Counted from the first letter of the stretch, positions 13,319 to 26,034 are shown. The stretch is DNA of 64,000 bases from Squalus acanthias (GCA_030390025.1 CM059444.1:12338001-12402000); one strand, 5' to 3'. The notes: generated by a model not told the origin, from the sequence alone. Translations and numbers: made by a program.

Positions 13319-13503
13319 CCAAGAGCAGAGCCATAGCTATCCCTGTGGACTTGGACAGTCAGGTCAACAATCTCTTCCTCAAGTCTCACAACATTGTCCA
13401 GAAGACCGCGATGAGCTGGCGAATGTCAGCGCGCAACGCCGCCCGGAGAGACTCTGTTCTTGCTGCCTCGCGGGATTATCGGAACATAATCGAGCGATTG
13501 CAG
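13319..13503 (+). CDS. ITPR1: ITPR1 exon (185 nt, phase 1-0): (A)[61 protein letters not shown], containing the first PKA/PKG site RRDS
   Basis: cattacag acceptor, CAG|gtatgc donor; near-identical to recalled IP3R1 sequence; RRDS at 13444-13455 corresponds to mammalian ~Ser1589. Confidence 0.97.
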
Positions 13504-14215
13504 GTATGCGAGGGGGATACAGGCCGCAAAACCCGGCTGCACCCAACTTTATTGGTTTTTGTTAACTTTCTGCTTTGAATGAAATATTTCATATTTTTTT
13601 TAAAGTTTATTTTTTTTCCATATCGTTTTGTCATCTTAAAGCAGTCTCACTCTTTTCCTCTCTGCAGCTCTGTGTTTTGTGTTTGGCGATCTGCTTCTTC
13701 TGAGGGTTACCATCTCTGTTTTGTATTTTTTTTTTTCCTTTTACTAAGCTCCGTCATTGGATCTCTAAATTCTGGTAGTTTCCTCCACTTCGTGTCTGTC
13801 ACCCGTCCCGTTTACTTGGTCACTCCATTCTTCTGCTTTTCTCACGGGCACTTTGATGATGAAGACGTGATCGAGCTAAGAAGCCCTGAACGTTTGAAAT
13901 GGAAGTAGGGTAAAAGTTTGAGTTCTTGCTTTGCTAGCAGCTTGCATCATAAGTAAAATGACCGACTAATCATTCCGAAATACGAGCACGTTGGATTTTT
14001 GTTCGAAACTTAAGTTACTAACTGCAGATTAACCGTGCTTGGGGAAAAAAATTCGAGGGACTGTATACTCTTCAAGAATGAAAATTTTAAAGTGAAATAG
14101 TACAAACCTGTTGTGATTTCCCAGAATATCAGATTAATGGCTGCATTGACCTTTGAGTGCAATAGTGAAACAAGCTGGAAGAGCAGAATTTGCAACTTAT
14201 TTCATGAAACACAAT

Positions 14216-14724
14216 GGCCCTGAATTTCAGATGTCTCCGCTCAAAGAAATCTATGAACCCACCTGTGGTAGATCCCGAGGCTTCTGATCCTGGGCCTCTC
14301 CTCTTCGAAATGCGCAGAGGCCCAGGTATCCCAGGGGCGCAGGCGGTTCGCAAGCGCCCCTGGGATCACGTGGGCCAGCCCAACCAATGGAAGAAGGGAA
14401 TCCCCCTTCATACTTCTGACAGTTCCGTACGCACAGAACTATCAATGGGGATGACTGTAGAAATGCACCAGCATACTGAAATAAACAAAGAAAAACCATT
14501 ACATATATAAAATTAATTAAAATGGCATTTAATTAAATATGTTAAACAAAAATTTAATTTTTTTAATGTTTTAACGGGGCTTAATACCTTACCTTATTGG
14601 ACAGGGTTTTTAATTTATAAGTGAGTGATAAAATCTTATTTTTCTACTTTTTTAAACTCTTGTGCTGGTATGCTCCTATGGGCACGTACACCCATCGTAC
14701 GCACCCCCACGGAAATTTGGGGCC
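14216..14724. mobile_element. PIF/Harbinger-like MITE
   Basis: TIRs ggccctgaatttcag / rc ggccccaaatttccg (12/15); 3-bp AAT duplication at 14213-14215 and 14725-14727. Confidence 0.72.
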
Positions 14725-15488
14725 AATAAATTATCATGACACTGATACCAGTCTAACTGTGCTACATGTTAACTGAACGCTTAAAGCTTTTAAAGGACTA
14801 AATTCTGGCTGATTTCAAAGTAACCCCTCATGGGAGCTTATATTGCTCAGAGTTCCATTATACCACACTTGTCCGTCTACAGAGTGCAATGCACAGCCAG
14901 CAGAGGATGAAAATGGAAGTGTTGTCAGGAGTGAAAACCCTGGCAGTTTCGGTTTTTCTATCCTCCATAATCTTGGATTGCTGAAGCAAATTGTAGCGTT
15001 CCTTCCACTATCTCCGCTGAAATCGGCTAACCTCAGAGACGAGGGACTGAATTCAGAACCATCCTGGTCTATAAAGATCAACTGCTCGCTAGATAATCAT
15101 GCTGAGCTATTGAGGGAGGGGGGAGGGAAGGAACTCTTCTCATTTCTGACATCTTTCTTTCACAGTAATGGCCTCTAAGTGGAGAACAGCATTAACATTT
15201 CAAATGTGGTTTTTGCTGTCTTCAATTTTAATAATTACAGTGGCAGATTTTGGCAACCGCTTTCTGTGGTATAATCATGGTCCTTTATACATGTTCTTTC
15301 AACTGGCAAGCAATTGCAGTGAATTAATAGATAAATAGGTTCTCGCTGAAAGTGGGTGAAGCCCGTTGAAAATTCGCGCGAGTTAACCTTTAGAAGCCAC
15401 CTATATTTGGAACGGTATTGTAGGAGTTTAACTTGTATCTGCTTTGCTTGTGGAATTGAAGATTAAATGGCGGTTTGTTGAAATTCAG

Positions 15489-15637
15489 GATATAGTGTCG
15501 GCGCTCGAAGATCGGCTCCGCCCCCTTGTTCAGGCAGAACTCTCTGTACTAGTTGATGTCCTCCATCGGCCCGAGCTGCTTTTCCCAGAGAATACTGAAG
15601 CAAGGCGCAAGTGTGAAAGTGGCGGGTTTATCTGCAA
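15489..15637 (+). CDS. ITPR1: ITPR1 exon (149 nt, phase 0-2): [49 protein letters not shown](K)
   Basis: aaattcag acceptor, AA|gtaagt donor; IP3R1 sequence; phase joins the next exon. Confidence 0.97.
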
Positions 15638-16279
15638 GTAAGTGCTCAAATTATCGCCTTCGACTTGTTGCTGCTCACGAAGCAATTAAAAAAAAAAATC
15701 ATTGCATCGAATGCTCCGCATTTAATAGAAAACATCTTAATAGAAGTAATCTCTCCCGTCGAGCTGTTTTAAACTAGAATTTGTAACGGATTTCTGCTTT
15801 GCAGATTTGTAGACAGCAGGCACATTGAGTGTCTTCTCCCCAAGTGCTTTTGTTTCATGTATCCCAAAGCACTTTATTGGTTGAAGGGATGATGCAGAGG
15901 TGCTGAGCGTTGGAGCACTAATAGAGCTACCCAGTGAATGACAGACATTGGTTGGATTCCTACTTCATCAGTTCTCTGAGACATGGCGAGTGGTGTAATG
16001 AGGGGCCAAGCAAAGATGGCAGCATCTTTCAGATGGGAGAGTCACACACGGTCTCTCGTGTCTTTATCACCCCTTCCGTCTTAGTCAGATGGACTGAAGT
16101 TAACAGATGATTTAAAAGAAGAAAAGTTACTTTTTTTTACAAAAGTGTTAAATTCTGTGGGGGGAAATATTGGTGTGTCTTGTTTTCGACCACTTCTTGT
16201 ACTTCGCAACTGGTGTCATTTGAAAAGTAATATCCTTGAATCTCTAACGTATCGTTTGTTCATAACCCCAGTTTAATTT

Positions 16280-16372
16280 TTGTTCATTTGTTCTTGAGGT
16301 ATGGGCACCAATAGCACGGCTGCACTTATTGCCCATCCCTCGTTTCCCGAGAAGATGGTGGTGGACCTCCTT
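16280..16372 (-). mobile_element. 3' tail fragment of LINE family A / SINE family B
   Basis: ttattgcccatccct...gagaagatggtggtg is the reverse complement of the 7050-7125 tail. Confidence 0.65.
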
Positions 16373-16515
16373 GGTATTTGGTATATGTCTCCCATAACTT
16401 TTCATAGACTAGGTTTTCTTTTAACTTGGTACTCATTGCATTAAAATGCATGAACATTGCAGGAGGCCGAGTTAGCAACGTATTGCAACTGAGGACATGC
16501 TTTCATTTGTAATAG

Positions 16516-16627
16516 GCTGATAAAACACACAAAGCAGCTATTAGAAGAGAATGAAGAGAAGTTATGCATCAAAGTTCTACAGACTCTTCGAGAGATGATG
16601 ACCAAGGATCGAGGCTACGGCGAGAAG
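16516..16627 (+). CDS. ITPR1: ITPR1 exon (112 nt, phase 2-0): [37 protein letters not shown], last constitutive exon before SII
   Basis: tgtaatag acceptor, AAG|gtagca donor; ends in the IP3R1 DRGYGEK motif. Confidence 0.97.
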
Positions 16628-18165
16628 GTAGCATGTGTTTCTGGTTAGCTCCTCCGATTGCCCCACGAGTAACTCATCTCTCTTGTGTTGTCTATTGAAA
16701 TTAATTTGATTTTTTTTTTTCTTTCTTTCAAACAACTGAAATTTAAGCTTTTGAAAAGTTTCGGCATTGTGGAATGGTGCTATTAACCCATCAAAAGTAA
16801 ATCCACTTCATGTGTAATGTGAGGCAAAATATTAATTATGTCCAAAATGTCTGATCGGTTCTGTAAAGGTTTATACAAAATACATAGAAGCTATAAATAA
16901 TGATTAAATGACTTGACCGGTAATTGAGCAGTTTATGTAGATTAAGGTATTCAAAAGTATTTTTTCCACTTCTTTTGTTATCCATGTACCATGAGTAATG
17001 ATCTGAAGTTCGTGTAGTTCCCTTCTCCTCCGTTGATGTCTTCCCATTTCTGCATGTTTCCAATAATCATGTCACGTTACCTCCTCCTTTTGAGCACTAG
17101 ATGTTCTTTCTTAGACCTACCTTTGCACCCCTTCAACCCCGCACCCCCCCAAAAAAAATCAGCATTAGCTCCATCAGTGCTGGTCTATAGTCTATCTGCT
17201 GCTGGCGTGTGAAAATGAATGACATATACTTGTAGTGAAAGCATTTAAAATTTCAGAATTCAGATAAAAATTTTGTTTTAAATTACCCATGCATTGGGGG
17301 AACCCATTTCCTGTTGTTGGTTGGGACTTTCCTTGGGTGTTATCTCTTCAGTGTGCATGGAGGTTCCCCTCCCCCTCAACAGAAAAAAATCCACTGATGG
17401 TTAACGGGCTCTGAAACCATCACTCTTGAAAGAGTAATGAGGAGGGCTGTTAGCCAAGCTTAATGGGATTTGGATATCCCAATGAGACTTTTGCCTTCGT
17501 ATAGATTTCTGAATAAATATCTGACATGATCCCAGAGGTACAATGGAAGAAGAACAATTCCCCCTTGTAATGGATCTGCTCTGGGATCTGATCCAGGAAC
17601 TACTACTGAAGTACAAAGAAACAGAGTATGAAGAATGTCCCAGGCCTGAGCCTCGATCATCACCTTGACTCATGTTGTGGCTGTCTTGGCCAAATGTTTA
17701 AGCAGAGTTCCTTTGGTTTACCTGAAACTACCATCTTGGGATTGAAATATTATAAATAAGGGAACTGCAGGACTAATTGTTCTTTCCACCACCTTGGACA
17801 GACCCTCATTCTCGATAGAGCACATTACTGTTCCAAAGCTACCAGGAAACTTCTTGAACTGTTAGGGAGACCTGCAAGAAACTACAAAACTAAATTATAG
17901 CACTCAACGTAGCAAGGAAATACTTGCGGACAGCCTCATAATCTCTCACGCAAGAAACTGCTGAAAGCTTCGAAATCAAATTGAATGGTCGGCTGGTTAG
18001 GATTTTAGGGCTTCACGCGTTACTTATGCCAAGAACCACTCCATAAGGGAGCCCCAGCAACCTAGTGAAGTAAGAACTTATATACGCACAATATCTAGTA
18101 ATGTAGTGTTGCCCAGGGGTCAAAAAGGAATCATCATTGTTACTGGAATTGAGACATTCCCTCTC

Positions 18166-19994
18166 ATAGATATGTGAAGAGAAAAAGATTAGTGAAATCA
18201 AGCATAGGTCCCTTGCAGTCAGAATCAGGGGAACTTATAATGGGGAACAAAGAAATGTCAGACCAATTAAATACATATTTTGGTTCTGTCTTCACAAAGG
18301 AGGACACAAATAACCTCCCAGAGATGTTGGGGAACATAGGGTCTGATGAAAGGGAGGAACTGAAAGAAATCATTATTTGTAGGGAAATGGTGTTAGGGAA
18401 ATTGAAGGGATTGAAGGCCAATAAATCCCCAGGGCCTGATAATCTACATCCTAGGGTACTTAAGGAAGTGGCCCTAGAAATAGTAGATGCATTGCTGATC
18501 ATCTTCCAATATTCGATGGCATCTGGAACAGTACCCATGGGTTGGAGGGTAGCTAATGTTACCCCACTATTCAAAAAGGGTGGTAGAGAGAAAACGGGGA
18601 ATTACAGACATCAGTAGTGGGGAAAATGCTGGAGTCCATTATAAAAGATGTAATAGCTGAGCACTTGGAAAACAGTAACAGGATCGGACAAAGTCAACAT
18701 GGATTTACAAAAGGTAAATCATGCTTGACTAATCTACTGGAATTTTTTGAGGATGTAACTGGTAGAATAGATAAGGGAGAACCAGTGGATGTGGTGCATT
18801 TGGACTTCCAAAAGGCTTTTGATAAGGTCCCGCATAAGAGATTATCATGTAAAGTTAAGGCACATGGGATTGGGGGCAAGGTATTGACTTGGATAGAGAA
18901 CTGGTTGGCAGACAGAAAGCAAAGAGTTGGAATAAACGGGTCTTTTTCCGAGTGGCAGGCAGTGACTAGTGGGGTACCGCAGGGATCAGTCCTTGGACCC
19001 CAGCTATTCACAATATATATTAATGATCTAGACAAGGGAACTAGATGTAATATCTCCAAGTTTGCAGACGATACAAAACTGGGTGGGCGTGTGTGCTGCG
19101 AGGAGGATGCTGAGAAACTCCAGTATGATTTGGACAGGTTGGGTGAGTGGGCAGAAGCGTGGCAGATGCAATATAACGTGGATAAATGCGAGGTTATCCA
19201 CTTTGGTGTCAAAAACAGAAAGGCAGATTATTATCTGAATGGCAATAGATTGGGAGAAGGGGAAGTGCAACGAGACCTGGGTGTCCTTGTGCACCAGTCG
19301 CTGAAGGTAAGCATGCAGGTGCAGCAGGCGGTTAAGAAGGCAAATGGTATGTTGGCCTTCATAGTGAGAGGGTTTGAGTACAGGAACAAGGATGTCTTGC
19401 TGCAGTTGTACAGGGTCTTGGTGAGACCACACCTTGAGTACTGTGTGCAGTTTTGGTCGCCTTATCTGAGGAAGGATGTTCTTGCCATGGAAGGAGTTCA
19501 GCGAAGATTCACCAGACTGATACCTGGGATGGCAGGAATGACGTATCAAGAGAGATTGGGTCGATTGGGCTTATACTCGCTGGAGTTTAGAAGAATGAGA
19601 GGGGATCTCATTAAAACTTATAAAATTCTGACAGGACAGGACAAACTAGATGCAGGAAGGATGTTCCCGATGGTCGGGGAATCCAGAACCAGGGGTCACA
19701 GTCTAAGGATAAGGGGTAAGCCATTTAGGACAGAAATGAGGAGGAATTTCTTCACCCAGAGAGTGGTGAACCTGTGGAATTCTCTGCCACAGAAGGCAGT
19801 TGAGGCCAATTCATTAAATAGATTCAAGAAGGAGTTGGATATATTTCTTAAGGCTAAAGGGATCAAGGGATATGGGGAGAAAGCAGGGACAGGGTACTGA
19901 ATTTGGATGATCAGCCATGATTGCATTGAATGGCGGAGCAGGCTAGAGGGGCCGAATGGCCTACTCCTGCTCCTATCTTCTATGATTCTATGTT
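18166..19994 (+). mobile_element. Young 5'-truncated CR1 LINE (family B) with a 427-codon uninterrupted RT/C-terminal frame
   Basis: ORFs 18174-18617 and 18617-19900; near-identical protein to the 4906-6547 copy; ttctatgattctatgtt tail. Confidence 0.97.
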
Positions 19995-20069
19995 CACCTA
20001 ATCTTTGGATGGCCGAAGAATAAAACACACTGTTAGACCATCCAATTTGGGCCGAGACTTACTGAAAGT

Positions 20070-20270
20070 ACCACATGGAACAGTTGAGGCGAATAGTACA
20101 GATGCATTTACGGGGAAGCTAGATAAGTACATGAAGGAGAAACGAATAGAAGGATATCCCCTGTGCCCTTTTTGAAGTTCCATTTGATGGGGTTAGATGA
20201 AGTAGGGTGGGAGGAGGGTCGTGTGGAGCATCGATCAGTTGGACCGAATGGCCTGTGTCTGTACTGTAAA
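20070..20270 (+). mobile_element. Older CR1 3' fragment carrying a 33-bp templated duplication
   Basis: gttgaggcgaatag...gggaagctagataagtacatga...ccgaatggcctgt terminal motifs. Confidence 0.75.
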
Positions 20271-21399
20271 CTCTTTTTTAAAAAATCAAACCATTGCAGA
20301 AAATTAATACAGTAGATTTCACTTTAAAGCAGAACATTTAGCTCGTGCTTCCTCAGATACAAAAATAATAAGCACAGCACTTCTAATAATACTGAGACTA
20401 AGCCAGTGCCCATAACACAAAACTTGTACACAAAGTTCAGTGTACCCATATGGACTCATCATTTCTGTGCAATCAGCAGCGCAGCCTAACGGGAAGAACT
20501 GAAGATCTACTGGAGGTGGATGTATCCCCTGTGCCCTTTTTGAAGTTCCATTTGAGACAAAGGAAATCAAAATGCTATCCTCCACAGTTGGACAAGTCTA
20601 GCAGTCATCTGTAGGCTGTAAAACAGGTTGCCCACTGGCATGGACTCTTAGTAAGTCAGCAGTCTTCAGTGATAACTGTGTCTTCTATCCATGATGAGAG
20701 CTAACGGTTTCTAACACTGGATAGACTGTGAGGCTTGTCATTTGCTGAACAATTATCTTGCTGAATAATTTCTCCGTACAATCTGCACGAGGGTTGCATT
20801 CCAGAAAGGGTTAAATGTGGATTCTCTCTCAACCCAGACTATATGTGGTAGACCTGTTTTGACCCTGGAAATACTGCAGAGGAAAAATCTGCCTTTATGT
20901 CACAAGCTCACTGAAACATTCAACCTCTCTGAGAAACAAGCGGATGCAGTACTTGACCACCTTGTCTCGCATATTGAATAACTCATATATTTTCTGTACA
21001 GATAAAGCTTGCTCATTTAGTGAAGGTTTGTTTCCCAAAGTTTGTCATCTGCTGGACAATTGTCAAGATGTTATGAAGAAGAAAATCCAAGAGCAAGCTA
21101 TTATGTGGTGGTCCAACCATGCTTCTGGTGGACTGGAATTCTGGTCTTCTAGACCTAAAATACTGTTGCTGGATTCTGATCTGAGACTAAACTCCGTCAG
21201 GTATTTTACAGCAACATTCACTCTCGCCCAGAAGGTCGCTCAGTAGGAAAGCACTCCTTTTTCTGGTCTGGATGAGTGACCGATGGGGGAAAAACAAGGG
21301 AAATGATTCTGAATTTGAACAAGACACTTGGGAGGCTACAGGTGGCGTCTGAAGGGTACATCCTGCAATTTTACATTTCATAAAACTAAATGGAGGTGG

Positions 21400-22300
21400 A
21401 TACTGTTCAAAATATTACCCCAATTTGCTGATGAGACCAGATTTTTGGTGCTAGGCGACCAGTGTAAGGAAATTAATTGCGCCAACGAATCTGGATAAAT
21501 TGAAGTTTTTGCTGTTCCTTAGCTCATCTATTTAATGTGAAAAAGGATACAGCACTGCACATTGGCCTTGAAAACATACACCCAGTGGCTCTGCATGCAA
21601 TCGGAAATGAAAAAACTTGGCTGTGGTTATTGATCATAAAACTGAAAGCATTCAGTTAATGTGATGCCTATGTCAGTGAAGATTAATTGCTGTGTTGCAT
21701 CTCAAGCATTTTAGTCGAAGCAGATTATTTTAATTCTGTAACTTATTGCTGAGATCATATTTGAAGTGTTGTGTGCTATTTTGGGTACCTTACCGTCAAA
21801 CAGACAATACCTTGGAGACATAACACTGATTCCTGGACTTGGGAATTCTCAACAATACAGAGGGACACAAGGCTATGGGAGAGAGAGCAAAGCATTGGGA
21901 ATAGTTTTCGATTGTTCTAGCACAGAGCCGGCATGGACATGATGGGCCAAAGGGCCTTCTGTTCAGTGGTAATTGAACTTCCTCACTGGAGGGGAGGGGA
22001 GAAGAAAATAGGTTGAGAAGCTTGATGAATTGCTGAAATGGATGGGTAATGCGGATTTTTGATCAGTTTTAAGTTAAGCTTTGACTGCAGGACAAGAAGA
22101 AACAAACACAGAATTGGCAGACCACAAGCACGATTAGAAATGAGAAACCTACTTTCCCACAGAGCTTTGGTATCTGGAATAGACTTCAATCAAAAATAGT
22201 TGGCGCTATACTGAAGCACTAAAATCCTTTTAAAACCAAGTTTGATAAATACCTCATTTAAAAACTTGGATTGAAGGTAATAAGTGTAAAGATAGGTGAT
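21400..22300 (+). mobile_element. Highly degraded CR1-like RT relic(s)
   Basis: Scattered motifs in the expected order: tttgctgatgagacc (FADET), tttaatgtgaaaaag (FNVKK), ctgcacattggc (LHIG), later atctggaatagactt (IWNRL). Confidence 0.45.
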
Positions 22301-24349
22301 CACATGCACTGTGGGAATCGGAATATCGTCTTTGCAATATGACAACTCTACACTGAATAATGACAATCTTGGTGTCGAATTGAATTCCTGGGAGTTTCAT
22401 CTTTTACTTTCAGGGGTTGAAGAAATTTGAGCATCATCCTCCGTTTAAAGTTTGACTTGTGGTTATTCACTTTCCTCGGGTCAGGAGATGATTTCAAATT
22501 GTTGGGAATGGTCTATAACGTGGTAAATGCAAGAGGTAGCTTGATGAGTGACTAGTCATTTTCCTCATTCAGTACTGTTGTACACTTTATCATAAAATTG
22601 TTGACCGTTTGAAGAACGTTGACGCCTTTGTCCTTGTGAAGAAGGATGAGTCAAATGATTGGCTTGGTAGCTGATGGCCATTACCTGAAATGACATTGGG
22701 ATGGAGCATTTCCAATACCTCCTCTGAAGATCATACTGTCAGTAGACCTCACTATTCCATGATCCTAACATGTTTAATACCAAGACAGCACTGTGGAGAT
22801 CTGTTCATGGAGGTAGAACTTGAACCTACTGAATATCTATCTAGTCAGCTGGTTGTGGCATATGGAAACAAAATCTCAGGTTTTTACAAAACCAAGCACT
22901 AATATTGTTACCGACACATGGATGGGGATCCCACACCAGGCTTGAAGGCATTTGACAAAAGTTTCATCCAGAACATGGAACAAGTTTTCATAGACAGTCC
23001 CAGGAAAGAAGCTGTATGGAACAATGCTCATTTTCACCTTGGGAGCACGGTAGAGGTGTGGTCTCTGTTGTGACTTCTAATGAGATTGGGGCTGCTTGAG
23101 ATCACTCGCCAAAGAGATGATATTTTCACTGGTCAAATTTAAGGTTTTTGTATTTCAGTTTCTTCCCCCTTCTGCACGACTGGGGCTTGATTCATCCCAA
23201 GTGTCTAAAGGTTTGTGTTGATACTGAAAATAAGATAATGAGTGTCATGTAAAGAAAAACAGTGGCGATTGGGCAATTCAGCAGTCCTTGTGGAAAGAAA
23301 CAAATTGGTTTTGATTGGGGGAAAATGCATAAAGAATGTATTGCACTTAAATGGCAAGGAATCATCTTTGTTAAATGTACTAAATGAGCTCTTCCTGATT
23401 GGAAAAGCACTGGAGGGTGGTACAGGAGCACTGTCTAGATGGGAATAAAATAGGAAGAAAAAGTCATGCGATTGGATGACACAACATCTTCGAAGACTAA
23501 TAAACTACCCTTCTCCCTTCCTGCCTCTTCTTCTCCCCATTGTCTCTCTCCCCCCCACCCCCCCAGATGGGCTACATTGGCTTTAGATCAAAACCCATGG
23601 TATGTGAGGAACTTCATTCAAAAAAATCCAGACAGTGGCAGAGATATATAGATTTTTATGTTGAAATTTTTTTTCAATGGCTGTCCAGCTTTACATCACT
23701 CTACCTTGTAAAAATCATTCTTTAGATGCCTGTTGTTCAGTCTGGATCATTGGCGTCCTAATATGGAGATTGTATTTTAGGTATCTTTACAGAAAGTTTC
23801 ACCTACCTTGGCCAGTTTATAAAAGAAAGAGGGGACCTTGGCACAGGGCCCTTTGCATTGACTTGGGGATTGAGGAGCAAGCAGTGTTGGTGCCATTGAC
23901 TTTAACTATCTTTTGGCAGCAGGGAAGCAGGGTGTTTTTCATCTAGAACTGAAAGCCTGGTTATTTTTCTCACTCTGATTGTTATGGAATTCTGGTAAAT
24001 ATATGTCCAGTTACCAAAAACAGTAATGCATGGATCCGAGCTTCTAAACCACTCTAATCTCAGACATTTTAGATATTCAGCGGAATTGTTTTTAAATTGC
24101 AAAATGTTATTTACACAAGTAATTTCTGAAAGTGGATTTAGTGGCGAATAGACTGCGTCTATTGTGTAAAGAATTTGGATAAAATAGAGGTAAGGTACTT
24201 CAATGTTAATTTTTTCCTGTGAGAGTGGGAAGTAATGTGATAAAACGAGTGCTGAGAGTTAATGAGGTAAGCTTTTAGCTGGAGTAAATTCTGCAGTTTG
24301 ATGCCCAATGTTCACGATTCCTCCTCCACAGTGGAATGTTGACTCCTTC

Positions 24350-24610
24350 ACAAACTCCCCATAAAAGTTAACCTGTAAAAATAATTTACTTGGAAACAAC
24401 ACTTTTTTTCTCACACACAATCTGGAGAGAAAAGCACGGATAAGATGAAGAGAATAGTGCCAGCATCTTAACACCCACTTTCCAAACGCCCCATCAAAGA
24501 TGATCTGTGGGAAAGATGTAAAGTGCTTGAGACAATACTTTTGTTTTGCACACGAGATCTGGAGACAAAAAGCAAGGGTAAGATGAAGAGAGTAGTGCCA
24601 CCTTAACATG
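24350..24610. repeat. Degenerate tandem duplication, ~133-bp unit x2
   Basis: atctggaga.a.aaagca.gg.taagatgaagaga.tagtgcca...ttaaca occurs at ~24420 and ~24557. Confidence 0.8.
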
Positions 24611-25778
24611 AATTTTACTGTGGTGTTTGTACATGAAGTTAAAACAAAGTCGAGTTCCACTAGGGGGCAGATTTTGAGCAGACTATGATGGAGGCCCCAA
24701 AAAATAGATAACTTGAGCAGAACTGCACAAACATACACTCTTGTGCATTCAGTGACATGCAGCATTAGTATTTAATTACTTAATGGAACAATATATCGAA
24801 GTACACACCAGGCTATCAATCTAAAAGCACGTGATTTTGAAGTCTGTGAGGAAACTTTGTGCAGCTTCCATTATAGGCAAATGAAAATGAAGGACCACAA
24901 TAACAAAGTGTGAAAGTGTGCCTTAACCTCTTTTGAAGTGACTGTTGAATTTCTCGCTGGCAAGCGTAAAAGTCCTGTCTAGTTTTTCCCAATCGGAGCA
25001 ATGTCCAAGAACAGTCATTTTGGTGAGGCCAATTGAGTAGCAGTCATTTTACAGCAAAGGTTAAAGCCTTTCCAATTGAAGACTTTTTGGGATAAATGTT
25101 TTAAAACAAACTCTTCTGAACTTGAATAAAATTATGGCAAAGCCCGGCCTTCTACACAATTTCTTCAGAAAACATGACTATTGGTATTCAAAGCAATGGT
25201 TGGAGGCAGGGGGCATGAGGTTGGGAAGAGCTATCCGATGACATTGTGTTTTAAGCCACAGTTGAATCATCGTCTCATTTCCTTAACTACGACTCTAGAT
25301 AGCTGGCGGGTTTCGAAAAACAAATAGACTTTTTGCCCCACTGTGTCACAGCCATCCAACAATGTGTGGGATCGATGATGCGTAATTCCAGTTAAACAAG
25401 AGTGGGCTGTGTCTTGGGTCAAGTTTAGGTCGATCTGTTATTGTTCCAAACTGCGAGACCTTGGCTAGACTGGCGATGGTGCAGTATTGCTGTTTGTACT
25501 GGCATGGTTTTGCCTTTTAGAATTTTCTCTGACTCCCAAATAAGCGTCCCCCCATTTGCAGTCGTTGTGTATAGTTCTGCATTCTAGTGTCTTTTGTGAA
25601 AGCAGAAGGCGGTTTTGACTGAAACACTCTTGCGCTCCTAATCTCAAAACGATATTCACTAAGCTTCACCTAAACTTGATCTAACCTTCATTTTAAGTAA
25701 AAGATTTGCATCGACCTGTGTACTAATGATTCTTGCTCTCAACTTCCTTGTTTTTTTTTCTCTTTTTTCTTTTGACAG

Positions 25779-25814
25779 CTCATTGCATTTGATGATGAAT
25801 TGGATGTGGCAGAG
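25779..25814 (+). CDS. ITPR1: ITPR1 alternative SII exon 1 (36 nt, phase 0-0): LIAFDDELDVAE
   Basis: Very long polypyrimidine tract ending tttgacag, upstream actaat branch-like motif, GAG|gttgac donor; resembles recalled human LISIDELDNAE plus one residue; correct order in the gene. Confidence 0.88.
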
Positions 25815-26034
25815 GTTGACGATTTTTATTTACACTTTTTACGCCATTGCTCTTTGCTCTAGTGTTGCTACCATAGTGCTTCTGCATACTGTGTGATTGT
25901 CCTCTTGCAATGTTATTTTGGAGTAGCATGTGCCGCCCTCTTGTTGGTCATTGGTACATCAAGCCACTTGAAGTGAAGAGCCCCTTTCAGTGCAGGTCCC
26001 CGGCCTCTAGCATGTATCCCATCAATTCTTTGTT

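Noticed and set aside
17400-18160. Protein-like fragments (MEEEQFPLVMDLLWDLIQELLLKY..., TLILDR...RKLLE, CCPGVK) suggesting an ancient retroelement ORF
   Set aside because: Too short and interrupted to assign by eye; needs a translated HMM search.
18617-19900. 427-aa reverse transcriptase ORF as a novel or domesticated gene
   Set aside because: Ordinary 5'-truncated CR1 ORF2 with an upstream frameshift, non-ATG start, CR1 tail and a near-identical second copy.
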